Below, one piece after another: positions 36,719 through 45,246 of a stretch of DNA of 55,745 bases. The stretch is from a virus (lineage: Duplodnaviria; Caudoviricetes). The notes below the pieces were generated by a model. It searched no databases and was not told the DNA's origin. It worked only from the letters and a program-made list of their open reading frames with translations. The number at the start of each line of letters is the position of its first letter. Position 1 is the stretch's first letter. The position numbers were made by a program, and so were the translations under genes. The stretch spans positions 1 to 55,745 of the IMG/VR virus record IMGVR_UViG_3300033181_000003. One strand, written 5' to 3'.

Positions 36719-37735
36719 ATGCGTCGTCTCGTCACCTTCATGGTGCCCGTCGTGCTGCTCGCCGGCTGCGGCACCACCACCCACCACGCCAAGCCTCATG
36801 CCCCTGCGTCGACGCCCGTCACCTACGGGCTCCACGGTGCCCCGACCCCAGCCGCATGCGCTTCCCGGACCCCGGTCGGCCGGGGCCACATGGGCGCCTG
36901 CGCCCCCGTCGCACCCGCCGAGAAGCCAAAGCTGGGCGCCGGGCCCCTCACGCTCACTGGTGGCGGGTTCTTCGTGGACGTCTACGAGGGCCAGAACTAC
37001 ATCAACTGGGCCGTCCACAACACGCCCGCCGTGGTCAAGGCGGTCGAGGCCGGCTACCCCGACCACCAGTTCTTCCACAACTGGACCCAGCTCAGGGCCC
37101 TGCATCGTTGGCATGCCGCATACGCGTTCCTTCGCCCCGGTGACTGTGCCGGTCAGGGCCGCGCGCTCGTCGCCCGGATCAACTCGGTTGGGGGGCTCGA
37201 CGCCAACGCCGGGCCGCCCCAGCTCGACGCCGAAGTCCCGCTCAATTCCGGGTGCGTGCCCGCCGCGGTGCGCGCCGTCCGTGCGGCCGACCACTGGCAT
37301 GAGGTTGGCGTCTACACGTCCCCGGGAACGTGGACCGGTGGTGGCGCTGACGGCGCCCGCCTGTGGGTCGCCGACTATGGCCCGGCGCACCCATGCATCT
37401 TCACCTGCCCGATAGCCCACCAACGCTCAGACGGTGTGTACGGGCTCTACCCGCACTGTGTGGCCGGGCTGTGCGGCGACATCGACCTTGACCTCGGCGG
37501 GCTGCTCCACATCACCCACGGGCACGTCCACCGTCATCACTCCCGTGGCTACCTGCACCGACGCGACGAGCGTCACCTGCACGCCGACTACCGGGCCCGG
37601 TCAGAACTCCGGGGCTACATCCGTCGCTTCGGCTGTCACACCCACCCGCACCGTGGGCACTGTGCCGCGCACCTTGCCCGTGGGGCAGCGGTCGGCCGGG
37701 AGATCAAGCGCCTGCACGCCCGGGGCGCCCGGTGA
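36719..37735 (+). CDS. GH25-like endolysin with lipoprotein signal and His/Arg-rich C-terminus
   Basis: LLAGC lipobox; VDVYEGQ..INW, KA.E, AYAF, LDAE, VYT, LWVADY, HQ, DID. Confidence 0.75.
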   Translation: MRRLVTFMVPVVLLAGCGTTTHHAKPHAPASTPVTYGLHGAPTPAACASRTPVGRGHMGACAPVAPAEKPKLGAGPLTLTGGGFFVDVYEGQNYINWAVHNTPAVVKAVEAGYPDHQFFHNWTQLRALHRWHAAYAFLRPGDCAGQGRALVARINSVGGLDANAGPPQLDAEVPLNSGCVPAAVRAVRAADHWHEVGVYTSPGTWTGGGADGARLWVADYGPAHPCIFTCPIAHQRSDGVYGLYPHCVAGLCGDIDLDLGGLLHITHGHVHRHHSRGYLHRRDERHLHADYRARSELRGYIRRFGCHTHPHRGHCAAHLARGAAVGREIKRLHARGAR

Positions 37736-37932
37736 CCGAGCCCGCGGAAGTTCTCTACCGCGTCCCGGTAAATCTGCCCGGCCGCTACTTCGGCGCCGAA
37801 CTCGCGGTCGTGGCCGTGAGCCCAGAGGCCGCCGCTGACCAGGCCAATCTGCTCGTCGGCACGCTCGCGGGTTACACCGGCCAGACGTTCCGCTTGGCGG
37901 TTGGCCAGCCCTACATCGGGTCGCCCACATGA
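37732..37932 (+). CDS. Hypothetical protein
   Basis: GTGA- and ATGA-coupled. Confidence 0.55.
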   Translation: MTEPAEVLYRVPVNLPGRYFGAELAVVAVSPEAAADQANLLVGTLAGYTGQTFRLAVGQPYIGSPT

Positions 37933-38348
37933 CTGAGCCCACCAAGCACGGCCACTTCACCCGGCACGCCCCCAAGGTCGCAGACCACCACGGCGACAGC
38001 CTGCTTGACCGGGCCGGCGTCCAAATCACCCGTGCCGTGGGCACCATGGTCTGCGCGATCGTGTTCGCCGCCCTCGCCCTGGTCAGCCTCCCCGATGCCA
38101 TCAAGGGTGGTCGGGCACCGCTCATCGCGTGGATCGCCCAGACGTTCCTTCAGCTCGTCCTGCTGAGCATCATCATGGTCGGCCAAAGGGTCCAAGCCAA
38201 GGCCACCGATGCGCAGACCGCGCACATGGCGCTCGGTATCGACACCGCCCTCGACCGGCTTGACGTGACCACGGCCGGCGGGATAGCAGACCTCGCCGCG
38301 AGCCTTGACCGGCTCGCCCAATCATCCCCTCGTAAGGAGGCCCCATGA
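37929..38348 (+). CDS. Two-TM membrane protein (DUF1003-like, holin candidate)
   Basis: DR....IT..VGTM....F..LA...WIAQTFLQLVLLSIIMVGQ. Confidence 0.65.
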   Translation: MTEPTKHGHFTRHAPKVADHHGDSLLDRAGVQITRAVGTMVCAIVFAALALVSLPDAIKGGRAPLIAWIAQTFLQLVLLSIIMVGQRVQAKATDAQTAHMALGIDTALDRLDVTTAGGIADLAASLDRLAQSSPRKEAP

Positions 38349-38824
38349 GCACCACCAAGCAGCGCGCGAGCGCGCCCGCCCACCCCATCACGAAGGTGCA
38401 GGTCATCGCGGTCATCCAAGCACTGGTGCAGATCGCCGCCGCACTCACCCTGAGCATCCCCGACAGCGTCTCGGTGGTCCTCATCGCCAACGCCGGCATC
38501 ATCGCGGTCGGTCTGACGTTCGCCGAGGCACACCTCCTGAAGGGCCGCTCCCAGTACCACGCGCTGACCTACGGCGCCCAGCTCGTGCGGGACGCCCTCC
38601 CGGTCATCACAAGCCTGACCGGCGCCCTCCCCACGCCTATCGGTCCCGAGGTGCACCTGGCCCTTCGGGACCTACAGGCAGCGGTGGACAAGCTCGCCAG
38701 CGCCCCGCCGGCCGCGGCGGCGTTGCCGGAGTTCGAGGTGTCCGTGCATCCCAAGGCTGCCCCCGCACCGGAGCCTCCCGCCGTGGCGCCCGAGCCTGCC
38801 CCTGCTACCGCACCTGTCGCATGA
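38345..38824 (+). CDS. Putative holin
   Basis: AAGGAGG RBS; two N-terminal TM helices; Pro/Ala tail. Confidence 0.6.
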   Translation: MSTTKQRASAPAHPITKVQVIAVIQALVQIAAALTLSIPDSVSVVLIANAGIIAVGLTFAEAHLLKGRSQYHALTYGAQLVRDALPVITSLTGALPTPIGPEVHLALRDLQAAVDKLASAPPAAAALPEFEVSVHPKAAPAPEPPAVAPEPAPATAPVA

Positions 38825-39561
38825 GCGCCGGGGGACTCGGGCGCGTAGAGCCGCCCAACTTCGACCACGTCGCCAAGTACCCACTTACCCTCGCCACGGT
38901 CCCGGCACCGCCAACCCCCATCACCATCGGAATCAACTGGTACACGGACTTCGACAGTCCCGTCCAGGACTCTGACGGTCAGTGGTGGCTTGCCCCCAAG
39001 GGCATCACCGGCACCATCCGGGGCGGGCACTGCACATGTCTGAAGCCCGACCAGATCAAGGACGCAGCCGCCTGGTGGGACTTCTATGACCAGGGCGCCG
39101 AGGGAGCGTGCGTCGGGTTCGGCTCAAGCCGCTACCGGACGCTGCTGACGGGCCGGAAGTTCGACGCCCGGTGGCTGTGGGACCAGGCAAAGCTCATCGA
39201 CCCGTTCCCGGAGAGCAACCCCGGCGATGACAACGGGACGACCGTCAACGCCGGCATGGCCGTCCTGCGATCCCTCGGGCACGTGCCATGGAGCCGGACG
39301 GCCCAGGCGGTCGACGGCGACTACGTCAAGCGTGACCAGCTCACCCCGGACCCGAAGTACAAGATCGCCACAACCAGGTGGGCGACCACCGTCGATCAGA
39401 TGCGGGTGGTCCTCTCATCCCCGGAGAATGACCGGCGCCAGGCGTTCCGGCTGCTCAACAGCTGGGGGCGCGGGTTCCCGCACGGGACGTGGCTGCCGTA
39501 CAAGGTGATGGAGCGGCTGTTGGCCGAGAACGCCGAGGCGGCACTGGACACGGTGGCGTGA
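38821..39561 (+). CDS. Papain (C1)-like cysteine peptidase with rearranged motif order
   Basis: GGHC, DQGAEGACVGF and LLNSWG motifs. Confidence 0.7.
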   Translation: MSAGGLGRVEPPNFDHVAKYPLTLATVPAPPTPITIGINWYTDFDSPVQDSDGQWWLAPKGITGTIRGGHCTCLKPDQIKDAAAWWDFYDQGAEGACVGFGSSRYRTLLTGRKFDARWLWDQAKLIDPFPESNPGDDNGTTVNAGMAVLRSLGHVPWSRTAQAVDGDYVKRDQLTPDPKYKIATTRWATTVDQMRVVLSSPENDRRQAFRLLNSWGRGFPHGTWLPYKVMERLLAENAEAALDTVA

Positions 39562-40163
39562 TGAACACTAAGCCCGAGACCAACGTCGTCAACGACCCGA
39601 AGCAAACCCTCGCCAACCTCGCGTGGGAAGACCTCGGCCAGTTCAAGCAGGCCGGCAAGTTCCCGTCCGACTACCCGACCGACACGCTCAGCTTCTACTC
39701 CCCAAGGGACACCGGCGTCCACCAGGTCATCCTCTGGACGCTCCTCCAAGCCAGGCAGTCAATCGTGCTGAACATGTACGGACTGGATGACGACGACGCG
39801 GTGCCGATCATCGTCAAGGCGACGGAGGACCCGCACCTGTACGTGCAGCTCAACCTCGACAAGTCCCAGGCGGGCGGGGTGCATGAGCGGGAACTGCTCA
39901 AGCAGTTCAATCACGATCAGATCGGCAACAGTGTGGCGATCGGTCACAGCTCCAAGGGTGCGATCAGCCACCTGAAGCTGCTCGTCATCGACGGGCAGTA
40001 CCTCCTCAGCGGGTCCACCAACTGGAGTTCTGGTGGGGAGGCCAAGCAGGACAACGAGCTGACGTTGACCCGGTGCCGCGCGAGGTGTGCGGAGGCCCGA
40101 GCGGTCATGGACTTAAATCATGACGCGATGCTCGCCCAGATGGCAAAGGCTCCGCAGCCGTGA
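39561..40163 (+). CDS. Phospholipase D/Nuc-like protein (single HKD)
   Basis: HLKLLVID......GSTNWS......N.L; TGATG-coupled to the peptidase. Confidence 0.85.
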   Translation: MNTKPETNVVNDPKQTLANLAWEDLGQFKQAGKFPSDYPTDTLSFYSPRDTGVHQVILWTLLQARQSIVLNMYGLDDDDAVPIIVKATEDPHLYVQLNLDKSQAGGVHERELLKQFNHDQIGNSVAIGHSSKGAISHLKLLVIDGQYLLSGSTNWSSGGEAKQDNELTLTRCRARCAEARAVMDLNHDAMLAQMAKAPQP

Positions 40164-40759
40164 GGGGGAGCAAGTACGCCACGGAGGAGGAGCGGCGGGA
40201 GGCCGTGCGCGCTTCCCAGCGACGATATGCGGAGCGCAATCCAGAGAAGGTCGCTCAAGCGAGGGCGCGCTACCTGCAGGAGCACCCTGAGCGTCGGGCT
40301 TCCACAGTAGAAAGGGACTGGCAGAAGCGGCGAGCCAACCCTGAGCGCTACGCAAAGTTTCTCAGCCAAGGCCGCGAGTCCTACCAACGACACCCGCTAA
40401 CGGGTAAGGAGTACGCCTACAAGTGGCGCGCCGAGAACCCCGATGCTTGGGCCAACATTGCCCGGCGTCGGTCGGAGGCCGAGAGAAACGCTCCCGTCGG
40501 GGACCGCGAGGCCGCTGACGCCTACGCAGACATTATCCGCCGCGATCCCTGCTGTTACTGCGGTGGCAAGGCGACAGCCATTGACCACATCTCCCCGATT
40601 GCAAAGGGCGGGGAAGGCGACTGGCTGAACCTGGCGCCGAGCTGCAAGCGCTGCAACAGCCGCAAGAAGGACAAGCTGCTACTCGCGTTTCTCGGGACCG
40701 TTGCGAGCGACAGTGATCGCAGGACGCAGGAGGCGGCAAGGGCAGCGAAGGCGGCGTGA
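40160..40759 (+). CDS. HNH endonuclease
   Basis: C.YCG.....IDHI.P..KGG....NL...C..CN.RK. Confidence 0.85.
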   Translation: MRGSKYATEEERREAVRASQRRYAERNPEKVAQARARYLQEHPERRASTVERDWQKRRANPERYAKFLSQGRESYQRHPLTGKEYAYKWRAENPDAWANIARRRSEAERNAPVGDREAADAYADIIRRDPCCYCGGKATAIDHISPIAKGGEGDWLNLAPSCKRCNSRKKDKLLLAFLGTVASDSDRRTQEAARAAKAA

Positions 40760-40816
40760 GATACCTGCCGGCGTTGCGGCAGGTAGTCCGGCGATACGAC
40801 GAGAGCGAGGCCGAGG

Positions 40817-41146
40817 ATGATCGGACGACGACTCCCTGTGATTGACGACAAGCCGACGATGCCTGAGCGCCCGGGCAACTACTGCGGCCCGTGCAGCGCA
40901 CAGCTCAGCAATCCGTCGATCTCGTGCGTGTTCTTCCTCAAGCCCAACGCACGCGACGCCGACGCCCCGCCCCACGCCCGCAGCATCCAGCACGTCGCCT
41001 CGCCGCCGCACCGCTTCATCGAGATGCCCGATGGCAGCCTGGAGATCCGCGAGTCAATCAGCGACCGCTGCAGTCGCCAACCGGACCTCGGCAGCGATGG
41101 GTGGCATGGCTACCTCGACGCCGGGCATGTCTGGCGTCAAGTTTGA
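40817..41146 (+). CDS. Hypothetical protein (DUF6527-like)
   Basis: DGSL....SI.......WHGYL..G.W C-terminus. Confidence 0.55.
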   Translation: MIGRRLPVIDDKPTMPERPGNYCGPCSAQLSNPSISCVFFLKPNARDADAPPHARSIQHVASPPHRFIEMPDGSLEIRESISDRCSRQPDLGSDGWHGYLDAGHVWRQV

Positions 41147-41147
41147 G

Positions 41148-41387
41148 ATGTCCGCCGCCGACCACGGGCTCGAGCGGCGTGTAGCGGAGGACATCACCCG
41201 CCGGATCGGCAGGGCCGGGTTCCGTGTCCGGCGGGTCGTCAGGGTGCTCCCACCGTTGGACACCGGCCAGCCGGTGGAGGTGTTGTTTCTCGGGGTGAAG
41301 CACAAGGATTGCGGGGCGGACCGGCCGTGGGCGGCACGTCTGGTGCCGGGTGGGGATGGGGACCCGCACATCACGGCTGGCTGGTGA
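41148..41387 (+). CDS. Hypothetical protein
   Basis: ATG 1 nt after the previous stop. Confidence 0.45.
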   Translation: MSAADHGLERRVAEDITRRIGRAGFRVRRVVRVLPPLDTGQPVEVLFLGVKHKDCGADRPWAARLVPGGDGDPHITAGW

Positions 41388-41390
41388 GCT

Positions 41391-41468
41391 TTCCCGCCTG
41401 AGGGCGGATGACCCCTTTGGGGGTGACCGGCCCTCGCCAAACGTGAGGGCTACTCAATCACGGGAGGT
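41391..41468 (+). ncRNA. Putative structured 5' leader sequestering the RBS
   Basis: Three-way junction closed by TTCCCG/CGGGAG and TGAG/CTCA, with two internal hairpins. Confidence 0.35.
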
Positions 41469-41475
41469 CGGACCT

Positions 41476-41877
41476 ATCCGACGCCTCATCGTCACGGCCG
41501 CCTTCATGGCGGTCTTTCTCGTTGTGCCCGCAACCACCCACGCGCACGCGAGGGGCTGCCACACCCGAAGCTGCGACCGGAGGGAGGGAAGGCACTATGC
41601 GGCCCACCACCTTGGCCCGCACTACACGGTCTCCTCGACGGCGTACTGTGAGGGCGGGACCACCGCGTCGGGCAGGCAGGCGTACTTCGGGGAGGTCGCC
41701 AACAACTTTCTCCCGTTGGGCACCCGGATACGTCTTGACCGGCCTGTCCGTGGGCGTCGGGTGTTTACGGTTTTGGACAGAATTGGCAGCGGGTCTGAGC
41801 TCGATTTCTTCCTGGGCACGGGTTGCGACGCTTATGGTCGCCAGGAGCGCGGGTTCCGGGTGCTGCGAGGCCGGTAG
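41476..41877 (+). CDS. Secreted 3D-domain (lytic transglycosylase-like) protein, probable ATC start
   Basis: GGAGGT 7 nt before ATC; signal peptide RRLIVTAAFMAVFLVVPATTHAHA; STAYC..TASG...VA..LPLGT...DR.G...LD.F. Confidence 0.7.
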   Translation: MRRLIVTAAFMAVFLVVPATTHAHARGCHTRSCDRREGRHYAAHHLGPHYTVSSTAYCEGGTTASGRQAYFGEVANNFLPLGTRIRLDRPVRGRRVFTVLDRIGSGSELDFFLGTGCDAYGRQERGFRVLRGR

Positions 41878-42084
41878 GCGCGGGGTTAGGGTGTTCTTGC
41901 TCGGGCGTCGTGCCCAGCGAGGCGTCGCCTCGATGCTGGACCGTCTGGCGTGTGCCCTGTATGGCCACGATCTGTCGTGGTCTCACGCGGTGGCGCAGGG
42001 TGTGACGTCGCGCCCGCTCTGCCGCCGCTGCGGCAGGTAGCTCATCGTCCCCTGAGTCCTTGGGGAATGCCTCCTCCCCAGCGC

Positions 42085-42119
42085 GAGCGCCCCGGCGAAA
42101 GCCGGGGCGTTTCGTCGTT
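42085..42119. terminator. Terminator at the end of the late operon
   Basis: GAGCGCCCCGGC-GAAA-GCCGGGGCGTTT plus a T-rich tail, between convergent transcription units. Confidence 0.75.
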
Positions 42120-42909
42120 AAAGGTCCCGGGGCCCGGGTGACGCGCTCGGGCCGATGCTTAGCTGGGATGTTTGGCTTGAGGCCAGGCGAAGCTCGGCGG
42201 TGGCGATAGCTTCGGTGGACCGTTTAGCCCGCAGAAGGGCAGCCTCGGCTTCGTTGACCGCACCTTGCTTCGCCCGGTGGTTTACCTCGCAGGTGCGCGC
42301 CGCAAGATTGACCGCCTGCACGAACTCCCTAGCCTTCGCCCCGGTGTCCGGGTTGCACTGCGCCGTCGTCGCCCAATCCGGCCCTTCGAGGAGCAGGTAC
42401 AACTCGCGGCCGTCTTTCGATGTCTTCTTGGGAGCGGCCAGCGCGAAGACACCGACCAGGGCAAACCGCGTCAGCGTGACGCGGCTGTTCGTGGCGAGGT
42501 TGCCGGCAGTGTCCACGGTCGCCTTCACCTCGGGCGAGAGTCGGTGCGTTCCTTCGGGGGTCTCGATCCGGTCCTCGTAAAGGACGAAGCGACGGGCCTT
42601 GAAGTCGGTGAGCTTTGCGTTGCCGGCCTCAAAGGATGCGAGCTGGCGTACCTTCTTGGACTTCGCCAGGGCTTTGGTGGCGCTACGGACTTGCTTCTTG
42701 TGGTCGCGCTGGGCGACGGCGAGCCCTTTCTGCGCCGCCTTCGTCTCGTCGCTTGGTCCCGGCGGGCGTGTGCGTTGGGGTTGTTCACCGCGAGTCCGGG
42801 TGAGGATCGCTTTGACCAGGCGATAGAGCCCGTAACCGAGCGCTACGAGGATCGCCAGCCCGAGCAGCGCTGACCCGAGCGATGCGCCCTTGGTGACGGC
42901 GAAAAGCAT
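42118..42909 (-). CDS. Membrane-anchored protein in the repressor operon
   Basis: N-terminal TM; RVTLTR....G.FALA..KK...ELYL motif; coiled coils. Confidence 0.7.
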   Translation of the reverse strand: MLFAVTKGASLGSALLGLAILVALGYGLYRLVKAILTRTRGEQPQRTRPPGPSDETKAAQKGLAVAQRDHKKQVRSATKALAKSKKVRQLASFEAGNAKLTDFKARRFVLYEDRIETPEGTHRLSPEVKATVDTAGNLATNSRVTLTRFALVGVFALAAPKKTSKDGRELYLLLEGPDWATTAQCNPDTGAKAREFVQAVNLAARTCEVNHRAKQGAVNEAEAALLRAKRSTEAIATAELRLASSQTSQLSIGPSASPGPRDL

Positions 42910-42911
42910 CG

Positions 42912-43391
42912 CTACCCCTCACCGCCGTGGTGCGAGCACGAGCCGCTGATCCCGCCCGCGTGACTGTAGGTGTTGTCAGCGCATCGCACGATGGTGCCGC
43001 CTTCCCCGGTGAAGTCACCGATGCATGTGTGGTTGGTGCAGAATTGGGCGTCGCCAGCATGACTCGAGGAGCCGACGTCCTCGGTCGGGCTTGGCGGTGG
43101 CTGGGCCTGAGTCGTGGTCGTGGTCGTGGTCGTGGTCGGTGGCGGTGCCTGAGTAGTCGTCTGGGCTGGTGCTGGCGTCGTGGCCACGGGCACCGGGGCC
43201 GGTCGATGGTGATGCTTGCGGTGGTGGTGAACGACCGGAGGCGCCGGAGTCGTCACCGCCGCAGGCTTGGGCGTCGCCGTTTTGTCAGCGGGCGCGATTG
43301 CCGCGATGAAGAGGAGGGCGACAAACAGGCCGAGAACCGTCCAGAGGGTTACTCGTGCCCATTTGGGCAGGGCGCGGAACCTGGCCCTCAT
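42912..43391 (-). CDS. Membrane-anchored Pro/Thr-rich protein with DUF3761-like Cys domain
   Basis: TM helix; poly-Thr linker; CAD.TYS.A....GSCSHHGG. Confidence 0.75.
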   Translation of the reverse strand: MRARFRALPKWARVTLWTVLGLFVALLFIAAIAPADKTATPKPAAVTTPAPPVVHHHRKHHHRPAPVPVATTPAPAQTTTQAPPPTTTTTTTTTQAQPPPSPTEDVGSSSHAGDAQFCTNHTCIGDFTGEGGTIVRCADNTYSHAGGISGSCSHHGGEG

Positions 43392-43870
43392 CGCTTCCCA
43401 GCGGGCAGGCGGCTATTGAGCGCGTTGACCGCTTGGCGTAGGAGGTCGAGCGCTTCCTCGTAGTGGGCCTTCTCGACGTAGGCGCCCATTCGCTCGTCGA
43501 TGTCTCGCAGGTGCTGGTCAATCTCCGCGAGAGAGCCGGCGCCCTGCTTGCCCGTGAGCGCGACCAGCAGTCCCTCGAATCTCCCGTCGAGCTGCTCCAC
43601 GGCGGCGCCCAGCGCCTCGATGCGGTTCTCGGGCGGGACGTACTGCGGCTCGAGCTGAGACCAGTCGGCGGTGAACCATTCGGGTGAGAGTCCGCACGCC
43701 TTGGCGTAGCCCTGGATCGCGGCGAGCTGGTCGTGCTCGTCGCGGTACTTCCCCTTCTCGTAGTTGATCACCGCGTCCTTGGTGCGGCCGCCCATCGTGG
43801 TCCCGAGGGTGGTCTGGCTTTGGCCGGCGTAGGCGCGGGCGGCGCGGAAGCGGTCCTCAAGTTCTCCCAT
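43388..43870 (-). CDS. Prophage immunity repressor (XRE HTH), leaderless
   Basis: RFRAAR..AG.SQ..LG......V..YE.G; divergent from the Cro-like genes; TAATCT -10 lies 8 nt upstream of ATG. Confidence 0.75.
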   Translation of the reverse strand: MGELEDRFRAARAYAGQSQTTLGTTMGGRTKDAVINYEKGKYRDEHDQLAAIQGYAKACGLSPEWFTADWSQLEPQYVPPENRIEALGAAVEQLDGRFEGLLVALTGKQGAGSLAEIDQHLRDIDERMGAYVEKAHYEEALDLLRQAVNALNSRLPAGKR

Positions 43871-43878
43871 CTAGCGGG

Positions 43879-43955
43879 AGATTACGGCCCATCCTGACCC
43901 GTGTGGGTCGTCCGAAGTGGGCTATTTGCCACCTTCGGCGGAGTTCTGCTACTGT
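43879..43955. promoter_or_regulatory. Divergent lysis/lysogeny promoters with a putative operator
   Basis: Minus-strand -10 TAATCT (43879-84); plus-strand TTGCCA-18 nt-TACTGT (43926-55); imperfect palindrome CCGAAGTGG...CCACCTTCGG (43912-38) covers the -35. Confidence 0.55.
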
Positions 43956-43965
43956 TGGTGGCCAG

Positions 43966-44202
43966 ATGCTTCCAAGTGTGACTCGCCAGAGGACCCCGAA
44001 TCGCCACCTGACCGAGTTGCGCGTCAACGGTGGCATGTCTCCCGGTGACCTGGCCTACCGGGCCGGGGTGTCCACCAAGACGGTCCGGATGGCGGAGTCC
44101 GGGTTTGTGCCCGGCCCGCGCATCCAGTTCGCCATCGCCCGCGTCTTCGGACTGCTCCCGCTCGACCTGTTCCCCCTTGAGCTCCAGCGGAGGTTTCGAT
44201 GA
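43966..44202 (+). CDS. Cro-like XRE protein
   Basis: L.ELR...GMS..DLA.RAGVS..TV...E.G..P. Confidence 0.75.
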   Translation: MLPSVTRQRTPNRHLTELRVNGGMSPGDLAYRAGVSTKTVRMAESGFVPGPRIQFAIARVFGLLPLDLFPLELQRRFR

Positions 44203-44402
44203 TCAACCTTCGGGCAGAGCGGATCAACCGGGGCCTGTCGCTTCGCATCGCAGCCGAGCAGATGGGGCTCGTGGACTGGAAGACCCTCCAGCGCGCTGAG
44301 ACGGGCGAGGCGGTCCCGCAGATTGCCAACGCGTACAAGATCGCCAGCTTCTTCGGCGTTCAGGTCACTGACGTGTGGCCGCTGGATCGGGAGGCCGCGT
44401 GA
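44199..44402 (+). CDS. Second Cro-like XRE protein
   Basis: LRAER..RGLS...AA..MG.....L.RAE.G...P.....KIA.FFGV. Confidence 0.8.
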   Translation: MINLRAERINRGLSLRIAAEQMGLVDWKTLQRAETGEAVPQIANAYKIASFFGVQVTDVWPLDREAA

Positions 44403-44587
44403 CCTTGTTCGCCATCTCCGTGGTGGCCCTCCTGGCCTTCGGTCTGGTCCTGCTCGTCTTCGCCGCCCTGTGCATCGTGGCGGCTGCTGCGGACCTGCGT
44501 GGGGACGGGGAGGATGAGGGCAACCCGTTGTGCCTGGTGGTCGACCTCGACGGGCACCGCGACCGACGCCGGGACGGTGCGGCATGA
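44399..44587 (+). CDS. Small membrane protein
   Basis: GTGA coupling; TM helix. Confidence 0.55.
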   Translation: MTLFAISVVALLAFGLVLLVFAALCIVAAAADLRGDGEDEGNPLCLVVDLDGHRDRRRDGAA

Positions 44588-45246
44588 GGGAGTTCGTCAA
44601 CGTCACCACCGAGGCAGACCTAGACCGCGTGATCGCCGAGGGCAACGTCCCGGTGTGCCGTTCAGGATTCTTCCGCGCCTTCGGCTCAGCGACGGTCCAC
44701 GCCTTCGGCTCAGCGACGGTCCGCGCCTTCGGCTCAGCGACGGTCCACGCCTTCGGCTCAGCGACGGTCCACGCCTTCGGCTCAGCGACGGTCCGCGCCT
44801 CCGAATGCGTGGCAATTCACCGCCACGGGGACAGCCCCAAGGTCACGGGTGGTGTCCTGATCCAGGTCCCGGAGATCGGGACCGCCAAGGGCTGGTGTGA
44901 CTACTTCGGGGTGAAGGTCACCCGTGGGCAGGCGGTCCTGTTCAAGGCGGTGGGCAATGACTTCCGTTCCGGTCATGGCGCGGAGTACACCCCGGGAGGG
45001 AAGACCGAGTGTGACGATTGGAACCCAAGGCCAGTGTGCGGCGGCGGGTTGCATTTCTCTCCGCGCCCGTTCTTGGCGTTGCGCTACAGCGACGGGCCGA
45101 GGTTTGTCGCGTGCAAGGTCCGGGTTGCCGATCTTGTGGTGATTCCAGAGTGTGGTGGCGTGCCGGATAAGGCGAAGGCCCCGAGGTGCGTGGTGTTGCA
45201 TGAGTGCGACGTGGACGGCGCTGAGCTTGCGGGGACGCAGGCATGA
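44584..45246 (+). CDS. Phage protein with octapeptide (beta-solenoid-like) repeats
   Basis: (R/H)AFGSATV x5, then LFKAV...CGGGLHF.P...KAKA C-terminal domain. Confidence 0.75.
   Translation: MREFVNVTTEADLDRVIAEGNVPVCRSGFFRAFGSATVHAFGSATVRAFGSATVHAFGSATVHAFGSATVRASECVAIHRHGDSPKVTGGVLIQVPEIGTAKGWCDYFGVKVTRGQAVLFKAVGNDFRSGHGAEYTPGGKTECDDWNPRPVCGGGLHFSPRPFLALRYSDGPRFVACKVRVADLVVIPECGGVPDKAKAPRCVVLHECDVDGAELAGTQA
44674..44800 (+). repeat. 24-bp tandem repeat, about 5.3 copies
   Basis: C(G/A)CGCCTTCGGCTCAGCGACGGTC. Confidence 0.9.

Noticed and set aside
41388-41470. c-di-AMP (ydaO) riboswitch upstream of the cell-wall hydrolase
   Set aside because: The context fits, but I could not find the conserved ydaO sequence blocks, so it is reported only as an unknown structured leader.
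44674-44800. Possible CRISPR array, with the PD-(D/E)XK gene as Cas4
   Set aside because: The repeats are head-to-tail with no spacers and are in-frame coding. The nuclease sits next to ERF as a normal recombination pair, and no cas genes are present.
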